From Hyaloraphidium curvatum SAG 235-1 (Eukaryota > Fungi > Monoblepharomycota): a stretch of 64,000 bases of DNA. This document shows positions 12,700 through 26,107 of the stretch, piece after piece. The stretch's first letter is position 1, and the number at the start of each line of letters is the position of its first letter. The notes beneath the pieces were generated by a model that ran no database searches, was not told where the DNA came from, and was given only the letters and a program-made list of their open reading frames with translations. The stretch covers positions 248,001 to 312,000 of the forward strand of contig JAIVFI010000031.1 of assembly GCA_025558095.1 (NCBI GenBank), written 5' to 3'. The translations under genes were made by a program, and so were the position numbers.

Positions 12700-13343
12700 C
12701 TATCTATCTGGTCCCGCGCCGTTCGTGGCCTTCACGAACTTCGACAGGTTGCTCTCGAAGAGCTCTACCCTGATCGGCATCTCGGCGGAGTAGAAGGGGT
12801 CTGGGAATCGTCGCTAGGAAGCGCACACGAGGCGGCGGACGCGATCGGCTCACTCTTCAGCGCGTAATCGGCGTAGATCTCGTAGATACGCCGGATGACG
12901 GCGTCCACATTGGGGTGGAAGGGGTCTGCGATCACCAGGAACTTGGTTCCTGGATAGGGGGAAGTTGAGCGCCGGAATCGAGACCACCCGAAGCGACAGA
13001 CCCGTCAGCGTCTGGTAGCAGTACATCTTGAACGTGTCCGCCTCCAGGACCTCCAGTCCGGAGGAATTCGGCACCGGCGATATCCGCGACGCGATGGCGT
13101 GAACGCTGCCGAACGCGACGTGGGTCAACGAGGCACTGGGGCGTGTTCGCGATGCCAGAGACGTGCCCATGGAATGTCCCGGCTAGCACGAGGTATTCAT
13201 TGGTCGTCAATCGCGAAAGCGAGTCCGAGTAGTCCCGCTGAAGGAGCGCCCATTCAGCAATCCCGCCTGTGCCTCGGGCCGGCTCCGTCAACCTGGTATA
13301 TCAGGCCGCCCGCCTTGTTGATGATGTAGACGGCAAGGATCAT
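12700..13343 (-). CDS. TRS23: TRAPP complex subunit Trs23/TRAPPC4
   Basis: MILAVYIINKAGGLIYQ, LTTNEYLVLAGTFHG|VHAI, YCYQTLTG|TKF, YEIYADYALK-NPFYSAEMPIR. Confidence 0.92.
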
Positions 13344-13484
13344 CGCACCGTCGCCTCGGCTCCCATAGCTGGGGCCCGCCGCGTCAAGGCTGCTAGCTAA
13401 AGCTGTGACGATCGGTCGATCGACGCGCGTCGCTACTACGGCGGCCAATTGGCGCCCGTACGAGGCCTCCAGGATCAGCAATTT

Positions 13485-15172
13485 ATGGAAACGAACGGCG
13501 GAGGAGGCTCTGCCGGCGGGGCGGAGCCGCCGGGTCCGCGAAAATCGCGCTGGGATGAGCTCGAGGATGACGAGGACCGGGACTCGGATACACGACCCCG
13601 GAAGAGGAAGCGGGGAAAGGAAAAGACTTCGAAGTTGGCGGCAGCGGACGCAGTTGACTCTCCGGCCTCGGGTCGCTGGACGATACCCGCGGAAGACCGC
13701 GCCAGGCGGTCGGGGACGCCGGACTCCTCCTCCTTTGCCCCACCCCGGGGTGTTGTGGCATCGCCATCGCGGTCCCCGTACTATCCCGACTCTCCGCGAC
13801 CTCGGCCGCGCGAGGTCCCGGCCCCGTGGACGTTCCAGGGCCCTCCCCTGACGAGCTGTCGAAGCGTGGACAACTTCGAGAAGCTCAACAGGATCGAGGA
13901 GGGCGCGTACGGGATCGTGTACCGGGCCCGGGACAGGCGGACGGGCGAAATCGTGGCGCTGAAGAAGCTGAAGCTGGACAAGGAGAAGAACGGGTTCCCC
14001 GTGACCTCGCTGCGCGAAATCCAGACGCTGCTCCTGTCGAAGCACCCTAACATCGTCAACGTCAAGGAGATTGCTGTCGGAGAGTCGCTGACGAGGTGTG
14101 TTTGGGGCGTGGTGACCTCCCCCGTCTGGATCATCACCGGCCCCGCAGCGTCTTCATCGTGATGGAGTTCATCGAGCACGACCTCAAATCCCTCATGGAG
14201 GTCATGCGGAGCCGCTCGACAACCTTCCTGCAGTCCGAGGTCAAGACGGTCATGCTGCAGCTCCTGTCGGCCGTCCGCCACCTCCACGACAACTGGATCA
14301 TCCACCGCGACCTCAAGACCTCCAACCTCCTCATGAACAACCGCGGGATGATCAAGGTCGCGGACTTTGGCCTCGCGCGGCGGTTCGGCAGCCCCCTCGG
14401 GCCCATGACGCAGCTCGTCGTGACGCTGTGGTACCGCGCGCCCGAGCTGCTCCTGGGCGCCAAGGAGTACACGACGGCGATCGACATGTGGTCGATCGGG
14501 TGCATCTTCGCGGAGGTGGTCAACAACGAGCCCTTGATGCAGGGGCGGAACGAGATCGACCAGCTGACGAAGGTGCGCGGGGATGCCGGGCGGCACTGAC
14601 GCCGACTGACCGGGCAGCATTTCGCTCCAGATGTTCCAGCTTCTCGGCACCCCGACGGAGGCGGTCTGGCCCGGTTACCAGAACCTGCCGAACGCGCAGA
14701 CAATCTCCTTTGCCCACCAGCCGTGGGTAATCGCGCCGGCCCGCCGGCTTCGGCATCGCTGACGGGGGCTTTCCAGGCACAACAAGCTGCGGACGACGCT
14801 GCCCTTCATGACGCAGGCAGGGCTGGATCTCCTCCAGCAGCTTCTCACGTACGACCCGGAGCAGCGGATCACTGCCGACGGGGCGCTGAAGCACGCCTAC
14901 TTCCGGTCGGTGCCACGCTCTCGTCGCCGCACCTTTCCAGCGCTCACACATCTCGGTACAGCGAAGCGCCGGCACCAAAGGACCCCTCCATGTTCCCCAC
15001 CTTCCCCTCCAAGGCCTCCGGCGAGAAGCAAAAGGCCTTTGTCTCGCCGTCCGCGCCGCACGCGCACGACGCCGCCGAGGAGGAGGAGGACGTGGTCGCC
15101 GAGGGCTCGCTCTTTGAGCTGCAGTCCCGGACGGGTGCGGGCAGCTTCAACCTGTCCTTCAACCGCCGGTGA
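13485..15172 (+). CDS. CDK11: Cyclin-dependent kinase 11 (PITSLRE-type)
   Basis: [65 protein letters not shown]. Confidence 0.9.
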
Positions 15173-15295
15173 CGATTGGCGATGCGTGGGCAAAGAATAC
15201 CATGGATCGACACTCTGTCTCTGATCTACATTCCCCCTAGCCTGTGCGGCAAAGAGTCCACGACCGAGCCGCGCGCGCCCAACGCGCGCACGAAA

Positions 15296-16466
<1,171 letters not shown>

Positions 16467-16629
16467 CGCGGGGAGAGCGGCGCCGCGCTGCGGGGCAGCG
16501 GGCGGCGGGCGGGGCGTGCGGAGCGGGTGGGGGGGGGAGGGCTGCGTGCGCGTGTCGGTGGCAGCAACCGCGTCGCCCGCCCCCTCCCGGTCCCAATCCC
16601 CCCAACCCCCTCTCCCTCCAGCCGCCGCG

Positions 16630-17645
16630 ATGATGTTCCTCGGTGCGTTGTTGTGCCCCGGCCGCCGCCCGCCACGCTGACGCGCCGCAGAGGACTACGT
16701 CGACACCATGGAGTCGCTGCCCGCGGAGCTCGCACGCAACTTCACGCTGATAAAGGAGCTGGACGCGCTGGCAGCCGACGCCGTGGCCCGCGTGCGCAGC
16801 GACACGGACTGCTTCCTCGAGAAGGTCGCGGCAATGGACAAGCCGGAGCGCACGGAATGGCTGCAGCGGCTGGCCGCGACCTTCAAGGACGCCCTGCGGC
16901 ACGGCGAGGAGAAGGTCGCCCTGGCTTCGCAGACCTACGAGATGGTCGACAGGCACATCCGCCGCATGGACGAGGACCTGGCGCGCTACGACGAGGAGAT
17001 GATGGTGCAGCCGCGGGGTCCCGCAGCCGCGCAGCGGCCGGTGCACGAGAAGGCGTACCGGGATACGTACAGGGACCAGCAGCAGCAGTACGAGGACCCG
17101 GGCAGGAAGCGGAAAGACAGTGGGCGAGCTGCTGCCCTGTGCCGGGGATCTGGCGCTGAAGTTCCCCCTCCCAACCACCCAGTGAACGAGATCATCCCGA
17201 CCCCGAACAAAAAGATCCGCATGGCCGACCGCAACCTGAACCGCGCCTCCCCCGAGATCGGCTCCGGCAAGGTGTCGGCGGCGGGCCGCAAGATCCACAA
17301 GGACGACGTCAAGCGCAAGGTCAAAAAGACCGCGTCGGCAAAGGCCGCGAGCGACCTCGTCGAGCTGTCGCCCTACAGGAGCGAGGTGCAGGAGATCCCC
17401 ATCGACCCCAACGAGCCGACGTACTGCCTGTGCGGGAGGGTGTCGTTCGGCGAGATGATCGCGTGCGACGACGAGGAGGTGACCATCCGCTGGCCGCTCG
17501 CTTTCTGCAGGAGCTGATCTATTGGTCGCAGTGCGAGATCGAGTGGTTCCACTACGAGTGCGTCGGCCTCACCGCGCCGCTGCGGACAAAGGCGAAGTGG
17601 TACTGCCCGCAATGCACCGCCAAGCGGCAAAAGGGCCGGAAATGA
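16630..17645 (+). CDS. ING-family PHD finger protein (Yng2/Pho23-like)
   Basis: [93 protein letters not shown]. Confidence 0.92.
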
Positions 17646-17727
17646 GGCAAGGCGAGGAATTGATATCTTTTGTCCGCTGTACATACGATACCAAGTTGGG
17701 TATGGAATCGATCTATGGTCACCTGCG

Positions 17728-19934
17728 TTACTCGGCACCCTGCTTGAGCGCTGCAGCGATCGATGGGATCGGAATGAGCATGGAGATCCGATGGACAGCA
17801 TACGGAGAAACCCACAGCTCCGCCCGGCGCGCAGTACCTCGTCCACCAGCAGCAGGTTGCTCCCGATGACGGACGACGAGTGCAGGATGGCGCGCAGCAC
17901 GCGGTAGTTGTCGAAGATGCCCTCGCTGACGGGGTCCAGCGGCTCGCCCGTCTTGAGGTCCACGCCGACCATGTGCTCGTCAGTCGTCTCCTCCTGCTCG
18001 GAGCGTCAGCAACGACGAGGGCCCGAGCAGGCGGGGAAGCCCACCTCGAGCTTGACGATCACGTCCTGCGCGTCGTACCCGCCGTTCGTCGCCAGGGTCT
18101 TGGGGATGATGAGCATGGCCTCGGCGAACGCGGCCACGCCCATCTTGGCCTTGCCGGCCACGGTTTCCTTGAACTTCATCAGGTGCTTGTACAGGGCCAC
18201 GAAGAAGGCCCCGGCGCCGGGCACAACGCACGCGTCCTCGATCGCGTTCTTGACGGCGCGGAGGCCGTCCCGGACGGCGTCGTTGATCTGGTTCAGGGTG
18301 AAGGAGTTGGGCCCTGGAGTCCGCAGAGTGAGAACCGCGTCCACGAGCCAATGCGAGCCAACAGACCCTTGATAAGGATGGTCACGCTCTTGGGGTTCTC
18401 GACGTCCTCGACAAAGGTGTACTTTTCCTCGCCCAGGGTCTGCTCGTAGACGAGGCCAGCGTGCCCGAGGACGCTGGGGCTCAGGTCGTCCACCGAGTTC
18501 TGGGCGACGCCACCACAGCAGAGCTGCAGGCTGGATGAACAAGGCATAAGTTCCGTGTAATATCGCACGGGAGAAGCGCGCCCACCGTTCCATGTTGCGG
18601 CGCTTCGCTCTCCGCAGCGCCACGATGTTGTTCTTTTGCAGGATGTCGAGGCTGAGCGGGTCGACGCCCTTCTGGTTGATGATGACGAAGCCCTTCTTGC
18701 TGTCTCCGACGACGGCCTTTTTGAACTCGACGATCTTGGCCACCTTGGCGTCCACGTGCTTTCGCTCCGAAGCGACGAGCTTCTCGCGCTCCTCGGCGCT
18801 GCTGTAGAAGAAACCAGAGTTGATCTCACTAGGAGATGTGCGCTCGCGTGAGTGGTGGTCGGGAGCAAGGGGACGAGTCTGACGCACCTCTTCTCGTACT
18901 CCAACGAAACGTTCAGCGTCAGGATGTAGGCGTCCTCCACCCGCTTCGCCATATCCGGGTGCCTCGCGCCGTGGTCCAGCACGAGCCCGCGGATGAGCCG
19001 CGTGTCCGTGTCGCTGCGGTGCTGCATCTTCATGATCTCGACCATGTGCAGGTCGATGGGCTCGCCCTCCTGGCGGATCGCCAGGACCGCGTCGACGACG
19101 GCCTCGGTGAGGGTATCGGCCAGCTCCTGGCGGACCTTGGTCCGGAGAGAGGTGCGAGCAACGGAGAGGAGGGTTTCCCGGTCCAGGACGTTCTTGCTGG
19201 CCACTTTGGCAGAGTCAAGAAACTGGGGGCGTCACAAAGATCAATTCGGCGCCGGCAGCCCCCGCGCGCAGGGAAACGCACGTTGAGGGCCTCCTTCTTG
19301 GCGATGTCAAAGCCCTCGGTGATTATCCGCGGGTGCAGGCCCTCGGAGATGTAGCGCTCCGACTGCTTCAGCAGCTCGCCGATGATGAGAACGTTCGACG
19401 TGGTCCCGTCCCCCGTGATCTCATCCTGCGCCGTTGCCGCGCGCGCAATCATCGCGGCCGTCGGATTTTGGATTTGCTAGACGGGACACGGGCCCAGGGT
19501 TTGCCGGGGTGGGCGTCGCCGGTGTGAGTTGGGACCTTCCGCGCAACCGGGGGCCGCACCATCTCGCTCAGGAGCACCTTCCCGTCCTTCGTGAGCTTGA
19601 TATCACCCGCACCGCTGACGAGCCTGCGCCGAACCGAGTCCCGCCGGGAGTAGCAATGAGAAACCTTCCACCCCTTTCGTTTCGCCCCCTCACATCTTGA
19701 TCGTTCCCCGAGGCCCAAGGTTCGTCTTGAGCACGTCCTGCAAGCCCAGCGCGGCATTGATGTTGAGCTGAAGGGCCTGGCCGCGCCGGGCGACCTCGGC
19801 CTTCGGGTTTATAAGCTGGACGGCCGCGGACGCCCTGGGTAGAAAACGAGCGGCGGCCCCAGTCCGAGGGGAGAGGGAGGAATTAAACGGATAAGCGAAA
19901 CGACGATGGCGTCGGACGCGTCCCCTGCCCACAT
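17728..19934 (-). CDS. CCT6: Chaperonin CCT subunit zeta
   Basis: [18 protein letters not shown]|[66 protein letters not shown]. Confidence 0.96.
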
Positions 19935-20051
19935 CGTGTCGGGAGCACGCGATGGCGGGGAAGTAGGCCGGGGGGTCCTTTTCGGCAGTTGCGGCGATGA
20001 ACGACCCCGCCGGACGAGCTAGATCACACCTTTCGCGCCCCCCCGGACTCC

Positions 20052-21235
20052 ATGGCTACAGCGGCCATGTGCGCCACGACACCGCTACGATTAGGCTTGG
20101 CGGGATCTCTGCCATCGAGGGCATTTGCCCGGAGGGCGAGCCCGTTGGGCAGCGCGTTGGTGGGACGCGTCGCGCTCCCTGCCCTGTCAACGGACAGGCG
20201 GCCGCGAAGATGCCTTTCTTCGGTGCCTTTCGGCCTCAAACCGGCCGAGCGACAATTGGCGGAGCAGATGCAGTACTACATTCCTTACGTGACGGAGTCT
20301 TCGGTGCGATCCCGCGACCCTTCGCACGGGAGATCGCCACCGATACTGGTCCGTGCCACAGCCTCGCGGGGAGAAGATCTGGGACATCTGGTCGCGGTTG
20401 TTAAAGGAGAGGATCATCATGCTTTACGGAGAAGTGGGCAGATTGCCTCACTACCCACCGTTGTTCATTGAATGAACCGATTGCAGATCAACGACACGAT
20501 GTCTTCGATCATCGTCGCCCAACTCCTTTACCTCGAGTCGGACAACCCGGAGAAGAACATTAGCATGTACATCAATTCTCCCGGAGGAGTCGTGACCGCG
20601 GGCTTGGTGGGTCACTGAGATGTGGGCGCCCCACGGGTCTAACTCCATGCCCTTTCCTCTTGGCAGGCAATCTACGACACTGTGGGCACTTCTCCCATAT
20701 GCAAGACCGCCGGACGCTAAACATGCGCTCGCAGATGCAATACATTCAGAGCCCCGTCAGCACCGTCTGCATCGGCCAAGCATGTTCCATGGGTTCCTTG
20801 CTCCTAACAGCCGGAGCACCAGGACAGCGGACAGCACTGCCGAATTCGCGGATAATGGTACACCAGCCCAGGTGAGCCGAGCTTAGTTTTCCGGATCAGT
20901 CCGAGCTAAGTTTTCGGGCGCAGCGGTGGTGCACACGGGCAAGCCGCGGACATTGCTATTCACGCCAAAGAGATCCTCGCCATGCGGGATCGCATAAACC
21001 AGCTGTACGTCACGCATACTGGACAGGATGCCAAGACGATCGGTGGGTGATGTGCCCGAGTCGTATGCCGGTCGCTAATTCTCCTGGTCCAGAAAACGCC
21101 CTTGACCGCGACAAATTCATGTCGCCCGAGGAGGCGAAGGAGTTTGGCTTGATCGATAAGGTCATTCAGCGGCGAGAAATCAAGAAGCCGGATGACAAGT
21201 CGGCACAACCGCCGCTTGAGGGTGGCAAAACCTGA
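20052..21235 (+). CDS. CLPP: Mitochondrial ClpP protease subunit
   Basis: Presequence; [31 protein letters not shown]|AIYDT|[46 protein letters not shown]. Confidence 0.93.
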
Positions 21236-21292
21236 TATCACACCAACCGTGTACAAAGATGTAAAATCTAGACGGCCCATGCCAAAGAGAAA

Positions 21293-22440
21293 CTAGCCTG
21301 CGACCCGCTCAAACCGGCAAAGACAGAGGAAGGTCAGTCCCGAAAATTGCCGCCGAATGCTCGACGTTGCAGTGGTAGATCGCCGAAGCAACGTCGCTGA
21401 AGTATCGACCACAGTCCGCTGAGAACACAGGGTCAGAATGTGCGAAAAACTCTTCAGGGACCGTGTGTCGGCTCACCTGGACAAGCCAAAGGCTTCCCCG
21501 CGGGCGCCGATGGGGCTGATTTCGTAGGGTGCTGTTTGTCCCTGTGATAGGCCAAACCGTTGCTGCTCTTGTAGCTGGATTCAGTGCTGCTGGTTAGAAC
21601 GAGTGTCCCGGGGGCGACTCGCGAAACGCACCGCTTCCCGCATTCAGGCTCCGTGCAGACGTAAGGCTTGTCCTCCGGCAGCGTGGACTTGGGATGCGGG
21701 TTCGGCACCCTCTTCAGGCCAGCGTGTGCGCGCTCTATGTGGTAAGCGAGCCCGCCGGCTTGCTTGTAGCCCATTTGGCACGCCCCGATCTGGCACTTGA
21801 ACAGCTTCTCGGGGTCGTCGCCCTTCATGGGCTGCCGGTGCTGCTCGTAGTGGTGGTTGATGATCCCCGTCAGCAGCTTGTACTTCTTGTCGCAGCCCGG
21901 AGAAGCACCTGCGCGGGGTCAGGCGCGATTCGCACGACGAAGCAGGGGTTCAAACCAACATTGGTAAGGCTTCGGGGCTCGAGCTACGAAAACCGACGTC
22001 GGCGGCACAAATTGACTCATGTCCACGTCCCCGGTAGTCTCCACAGGAGGAGGCGAAAGCTGATGTGCGGGCACGACTCGCAGATTCGGGTGGTGTTGGT
22101 AGACGTTGATTTGGGCCGGCTGGACAGCGTGCGTGTTTGGGGGGTTTGGGGGAGGGCCCATGTTCGGGAGAAGCTGCCGATGTTGGCCCATGTGCGGAGC
22201 GCCCATGGCAGGGTGATGCTGCTGGTGCTGCTGGTGCTGCGTCGGCGGTCCGGGATGTACCGGCGGCCGGGGGATGACATGCGTTGTCGAAGCTCCGGGC
22301 CGCCCGCCATAGGCAAAGTCGTACGGCGGCGGCGCGTAGGGCCTCGCCATCTGGTCCGGTTGAAAGGCGTAGCCCATGTTGCCGGAGCCGTGGATCGGGC
22401 CGGCGAACATGGCGGCCGACGGGTGGCCCGGATGTTGCAT
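21293..22440 (-). CDS. C2H2 zinc-finger transcription factor (Sfp1-like fingers)
   Basis: Pro/Gln-rich N-terminus; KPYQC, FKCQIGACQMGYKQAGGLAYHIERAH, KPYVCTEPECGK|YKSSNGLAYH. Start approximate. Confidence 0.75.
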
Positions 22441-22638
22441 CTTGCCCAACGGGACGGGCCGGTTACGGTCCACGCGGCGTCCCCTGCCGTCGCGACCCCA
22501 CGCAGCGTCCCCTGCCGTCGAGACCTTTCTAGAAACGCTGTTGTCTGCGGAGGTGACCTGGTGACGGAAGTCACGGTTGGGAAAAAAGAGACTCTTTTTT
22601 GGAGGGGACGAGGAGCCGATGATCCGGCCGAGGGAGCC

Positions 22639-24378
22639 TCACGGCCTTTTCGCTTTCCGATCTCGATATACAGCCTTTTCTCGCTTCGGAACGCGATCGA
22701 TGAGCCACCAGGCGACGCAACCCAGACAGATGAGGGCCACAAGCAACTGGAAGAACATGAGCTGCGGGGCGGGAGCGTTACTCAGGTACGTGCGCCGATA
22801 CCAGCGCTGGCGAACCTGCAAAGAGATCCTCTGCACCTCCTGCTCCAATCCACTCAGCTTCTGACGGAGAAAGTCGTCCGTGACGTCCGCGCCGAGCTTC
22901 TCTCCGAAGTTGCGCAGGAGGAACCGGTCGGGACCCCTGCGGTCATTCTGACGGCAGCAGTTAGCAGCTTAGCCGAAGCAGGAACACGCATCCGAAGATA
23001 CCATTTGAAGCGTGCGGGTTATGTTGCTCAGGCGGCGGAAGACCAGACCAAAGATGCGGTTAACGACCTGCACCTCCTCCTGCAGGTAGCGGGACGTGGA
23101 GGTGATGTTCCGTTCCGCCGCGGAGAGACGCTTCCACATCGATCGGAACACGCTGTCCGTCGGCGGCGGGTCGGCAGCGGGCGTTGGCGTCTCGCCTTCC
23201 GCGGGCGGCGCTTTCGGCGAAAAGTGGCGGTGAAAGAGCTTCAGAAAATCGCGCTGAGCTTCCGTCTCCGTCGCATCCAGGGTCCCGTAATCAATCCGAT
23301 CGCTGTAACGCTGCACCGCGGCCTGTTCTCGTCTGCTGGAACCGGTCCAGGACATTCCCGCTTCGTCCAGGTCCGGGAGATCGGTGAGCAGCAGCTGGTC
23401 CATCTCTTCGAAATCGGGACTCGGCGATGGATCCGAGGCCTTTTTGGCCTCCTCTTCCTTCAGCTCGTCGAGCATAGTCCGCCCGTGGACCCGCAGCAAG
23501 CTGATGGGGCAGAAGAGTTCCCTCCCGTAGAAGGAAACGACGTCCAGCCTGACGAACCTCGCCCACAGCTTCGGATCCGGGACCCGGAAGAGCTGCACGT
23601 CCCGAGTGTTGGCCGCGCGGAAGGTCCCCAGGAGCTTCCACCCCTCGGCCGGCCGTGCGCGGACTAGCACGTTGAAGTCCTTCAGATTCGAGCTGAAGAT
23701 CTCAAAGTTCGCGACCGCGAGCGCGTCCACCAAGACGTCCTCGCACAGCTCCACGATGACATGCTTGTCCGCCGCGGCGCATTTGTTCAGCATGTACGAG
23801 TCCCGGCTGGAGCTGAGGATCGCCGACGCGTGCGACGCCTCCCTGTTGGTTCCCACAATGCTCGCCCCGCAATCCGAGCTCGCGTAGTTGAACCGAACGG
23901 AGTCCCGCTTATCATCCGAGGCCACGGGTGTCACTACAGGCTGCTTGCCCGGTTCCGAAGCAGCCGAAGGCACAGGTTTGGCCGCCTGGTCCGAGGCCTG
24001 CGGCGGCGGGCTCGGAGCGGCCGCTGGTGGATTCGAAGAGGCGGACAGCGAGGATGTGCCGTCACTCGTTTCCGCCGGTCGTGTCCCGTCCGATCGAAGC
24101 GCGGGGTCGAGGTCGGGGGGAGCGGCCTCGACCGGGGGTCCGGCCCCGTTCTCCGCCTCGACGGCCGTCGACGGCTCATCCGGTGCAGACGGGGCATCCT
24201 CCGCGGCCGCATCATCGTCCTGCTCGTCGGGCCGCGCCTCCGTCGCGCTGGGAGACGGCGCGGGCACTGCCGCGCCGGCCGACGCGGTCTCCCTTGGCCC
24301 GCACGTGTCCGGGACCTCCAGCGGCTCCATGTGCTTCCGGCGCCCCCTCCCGTCGCGCTGACCGATCCGACGGCCCAC
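22639..24378 (-). CDS. SLP1: Mid-SUN-domain ER membrane protein (Slp1/SUCO-like)
   Basis: RFNYASSDCGASIV, ILSSSRDSYMLNKC, IVELCEDVLV..ANFEIFSS, WARFVR..YGRELFCPISLLRVHG, coiled coil and C-terminal TM. 5' end unresolved. Confidence 0.85.
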
Positions 24379-24499
24379 GCGCGGCGGCAGCGGGGTCCGG
24401 CCGATACTACGCGGGGTCTCTTCTCAACAGCTGAGAAGATATCGACGAACAACGACGCGCGCGGCGCGCATAGCCGAGAATAGCAGACGCGTTCCCGCA

Positions 24500-25526
24500 A
24501 TGTCGCGGGGCGGGCGGGACCTGGACATCTCCAACAATGAACGGACATTCCTCCTGCAGGCCCTCAAGGAAGGGTACCGGCTGGACGGGCGCGCCCCGGA
24601 CGCCGCGAGGCCGCTGTCGCTCTCGTACGGCCCGGACTTCGGATCCGTGGAGCTGAGCCTCGGTGACACCCGTGTGCTGGCGACGGTCACGGCGGAGATC
24701 ATCCGGCCATACCCAGAATCGCCGGGGGATGGCCAGCTGATGTTCAGCGCGGAGGTGTCGCCGATCTCGACGGGGAAGCGCGACCGGGGCCGAATCTCGG
24801 AGGAGGAGATGCTTCTCAACAGGATGCTTGAACGATGTTTGAAAAGGAGCCGCGCTGTCGACACGGAGGGCTTGTGCATCGTTGCTGGAGCCAATGTGGG
24901 GCGCGACACGGGGTTTCTGTGTCCCGGTTCCCTCACAACACGTCCGGCAGGTGTGGGGGATCCGCGTCACGGCCCAGGTGATCAGCAACGAGGGTAATCT
25001 TGTCGATGCCGTGTGCACGGCGGCTTTGGTGGCGCTCATGCACTTCCGGAGACCGGACGTGACCGTCGTCGACGGCGAGGTCGTGGTGGTGAGCTACTCC
25101 TGCTTTCTTTCTTTTCGATCTCCGTGACTGACACGTCCTTCCGATTTCCAGCACGGTATGCAGGAGCGGACGCCCTTGCCGCTGTCGGTTCACTTCACCC
25201 CGATCTGCACGACCTTCTCGCTCTTCCGCGGCGTCGGGACGGTGCTGGTGGACCCGACTGTCGCCGAATCGCGGGTGCAGTCCGGCGAGCTCATGGTGTG
25301 CATGAACGCCCACCGCGAGATCTGCACGATCGCAAAGTCGGGCGGCCTGCCCTCGGAACTCTCCACGCTGCTGCGGTGCAGCAAGCTCGCCGCGGAACGC
25401 GCGTCGAAGGTGTCGGAAATGATCCGGCAGTCGGTGCAGCAGGACGTGAAGCTGAAGATCGAGGCGTTGAAGGTCGTCGAGTCTATGCACGGGAGGAAGA
25501 AAGGGGACGAACGACCTGGCGTCTGA
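24500..25526 (+). CDS. RRP45: Exosome component Rrp45/EXOSC9
   Basis: SNNERTFLLQAL..RLDGR, SRAVDTEGLCIVAG, GNLVDA..ALMHFRRPDVTV, MNAHREICTIAKSGG. Confidence 0.92.
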
Positions 25527-25727
25527 TGTGGATATGAGACCATCCAAAGCTTGCGATCTCCAAGTAGGCGGCCAGGCTCTTGAATCGCAGCGTCCCGCGA
25601 CTTTCCGGGCCGCGGGGGCTCTTCTTGTCGTGGGGCTTAGAGTTTTCGTGTAGTCGTCCGACCTCGCCTGTCCTCGGTTCCTCCGCGCCATCCCCGCGCT
25701 CCTGGGCCCGCAGCGACCGTTGCCGAG

Positions 25728-26072
25728 ATGTCTCTATGTGTGTTTCCTGCTGTTGCACGCGGCGGTTGGCTCCGGGTTGCTGAGCGGGCTCTGCGGGTAC
25801 CCGGCGCCACGCCGGCGCTCGACCGCCACCCCGTCCCTCACCTAGCGCGGACCATCTACAACACGTTCATGAGGCGGAATGCCGTCTACTACGGTGCCAT
25901 TTTCGCGGGAGCCTTCCTGTTCGAGGTCGGGTTCGACAACCTGTCGGACAAGGTCTGGGACGATGTGAACAAGGGGGTAAGTTCGGCTTGCGCCGTCCCC
26001 GAGACCGCTGCTCATGTGGCTCCGCTTCAGCGTCAATGGAAGGACATCCGGGGCAAGTACGCGAGCGAGTGA
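25728..26072 (+). CDS. QCR9: Cytochrome bc1 subunit 9
   Basis: IYNTFMRRNAVYYGAIFAGAFLFEVGFD..WDDVNKG|RQWKDIRGKY. Confidence 0.9.
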   Translation: MSLCVFPAVARGGWLRVAERALRVPGATPALDRHPVPHLARTIYNTFMRRNAVYYGAIFAGAFLFEVGFDNLSDKVWDDVNKGVSSACAVPETAAHVAPLQRQWKDIRGKYASE

Positions 26073-26107
26073 CGCGGTGTGACCGCCGATGAACACGATG
26101 GCCCTCG

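Noticed and set aside
21694-23667. 657-aa plus-strand ORF
   Set aside because: Antisense shadow of the zinc-finger and SUN genes caused by high GC3; Arg-rich with no motifs.
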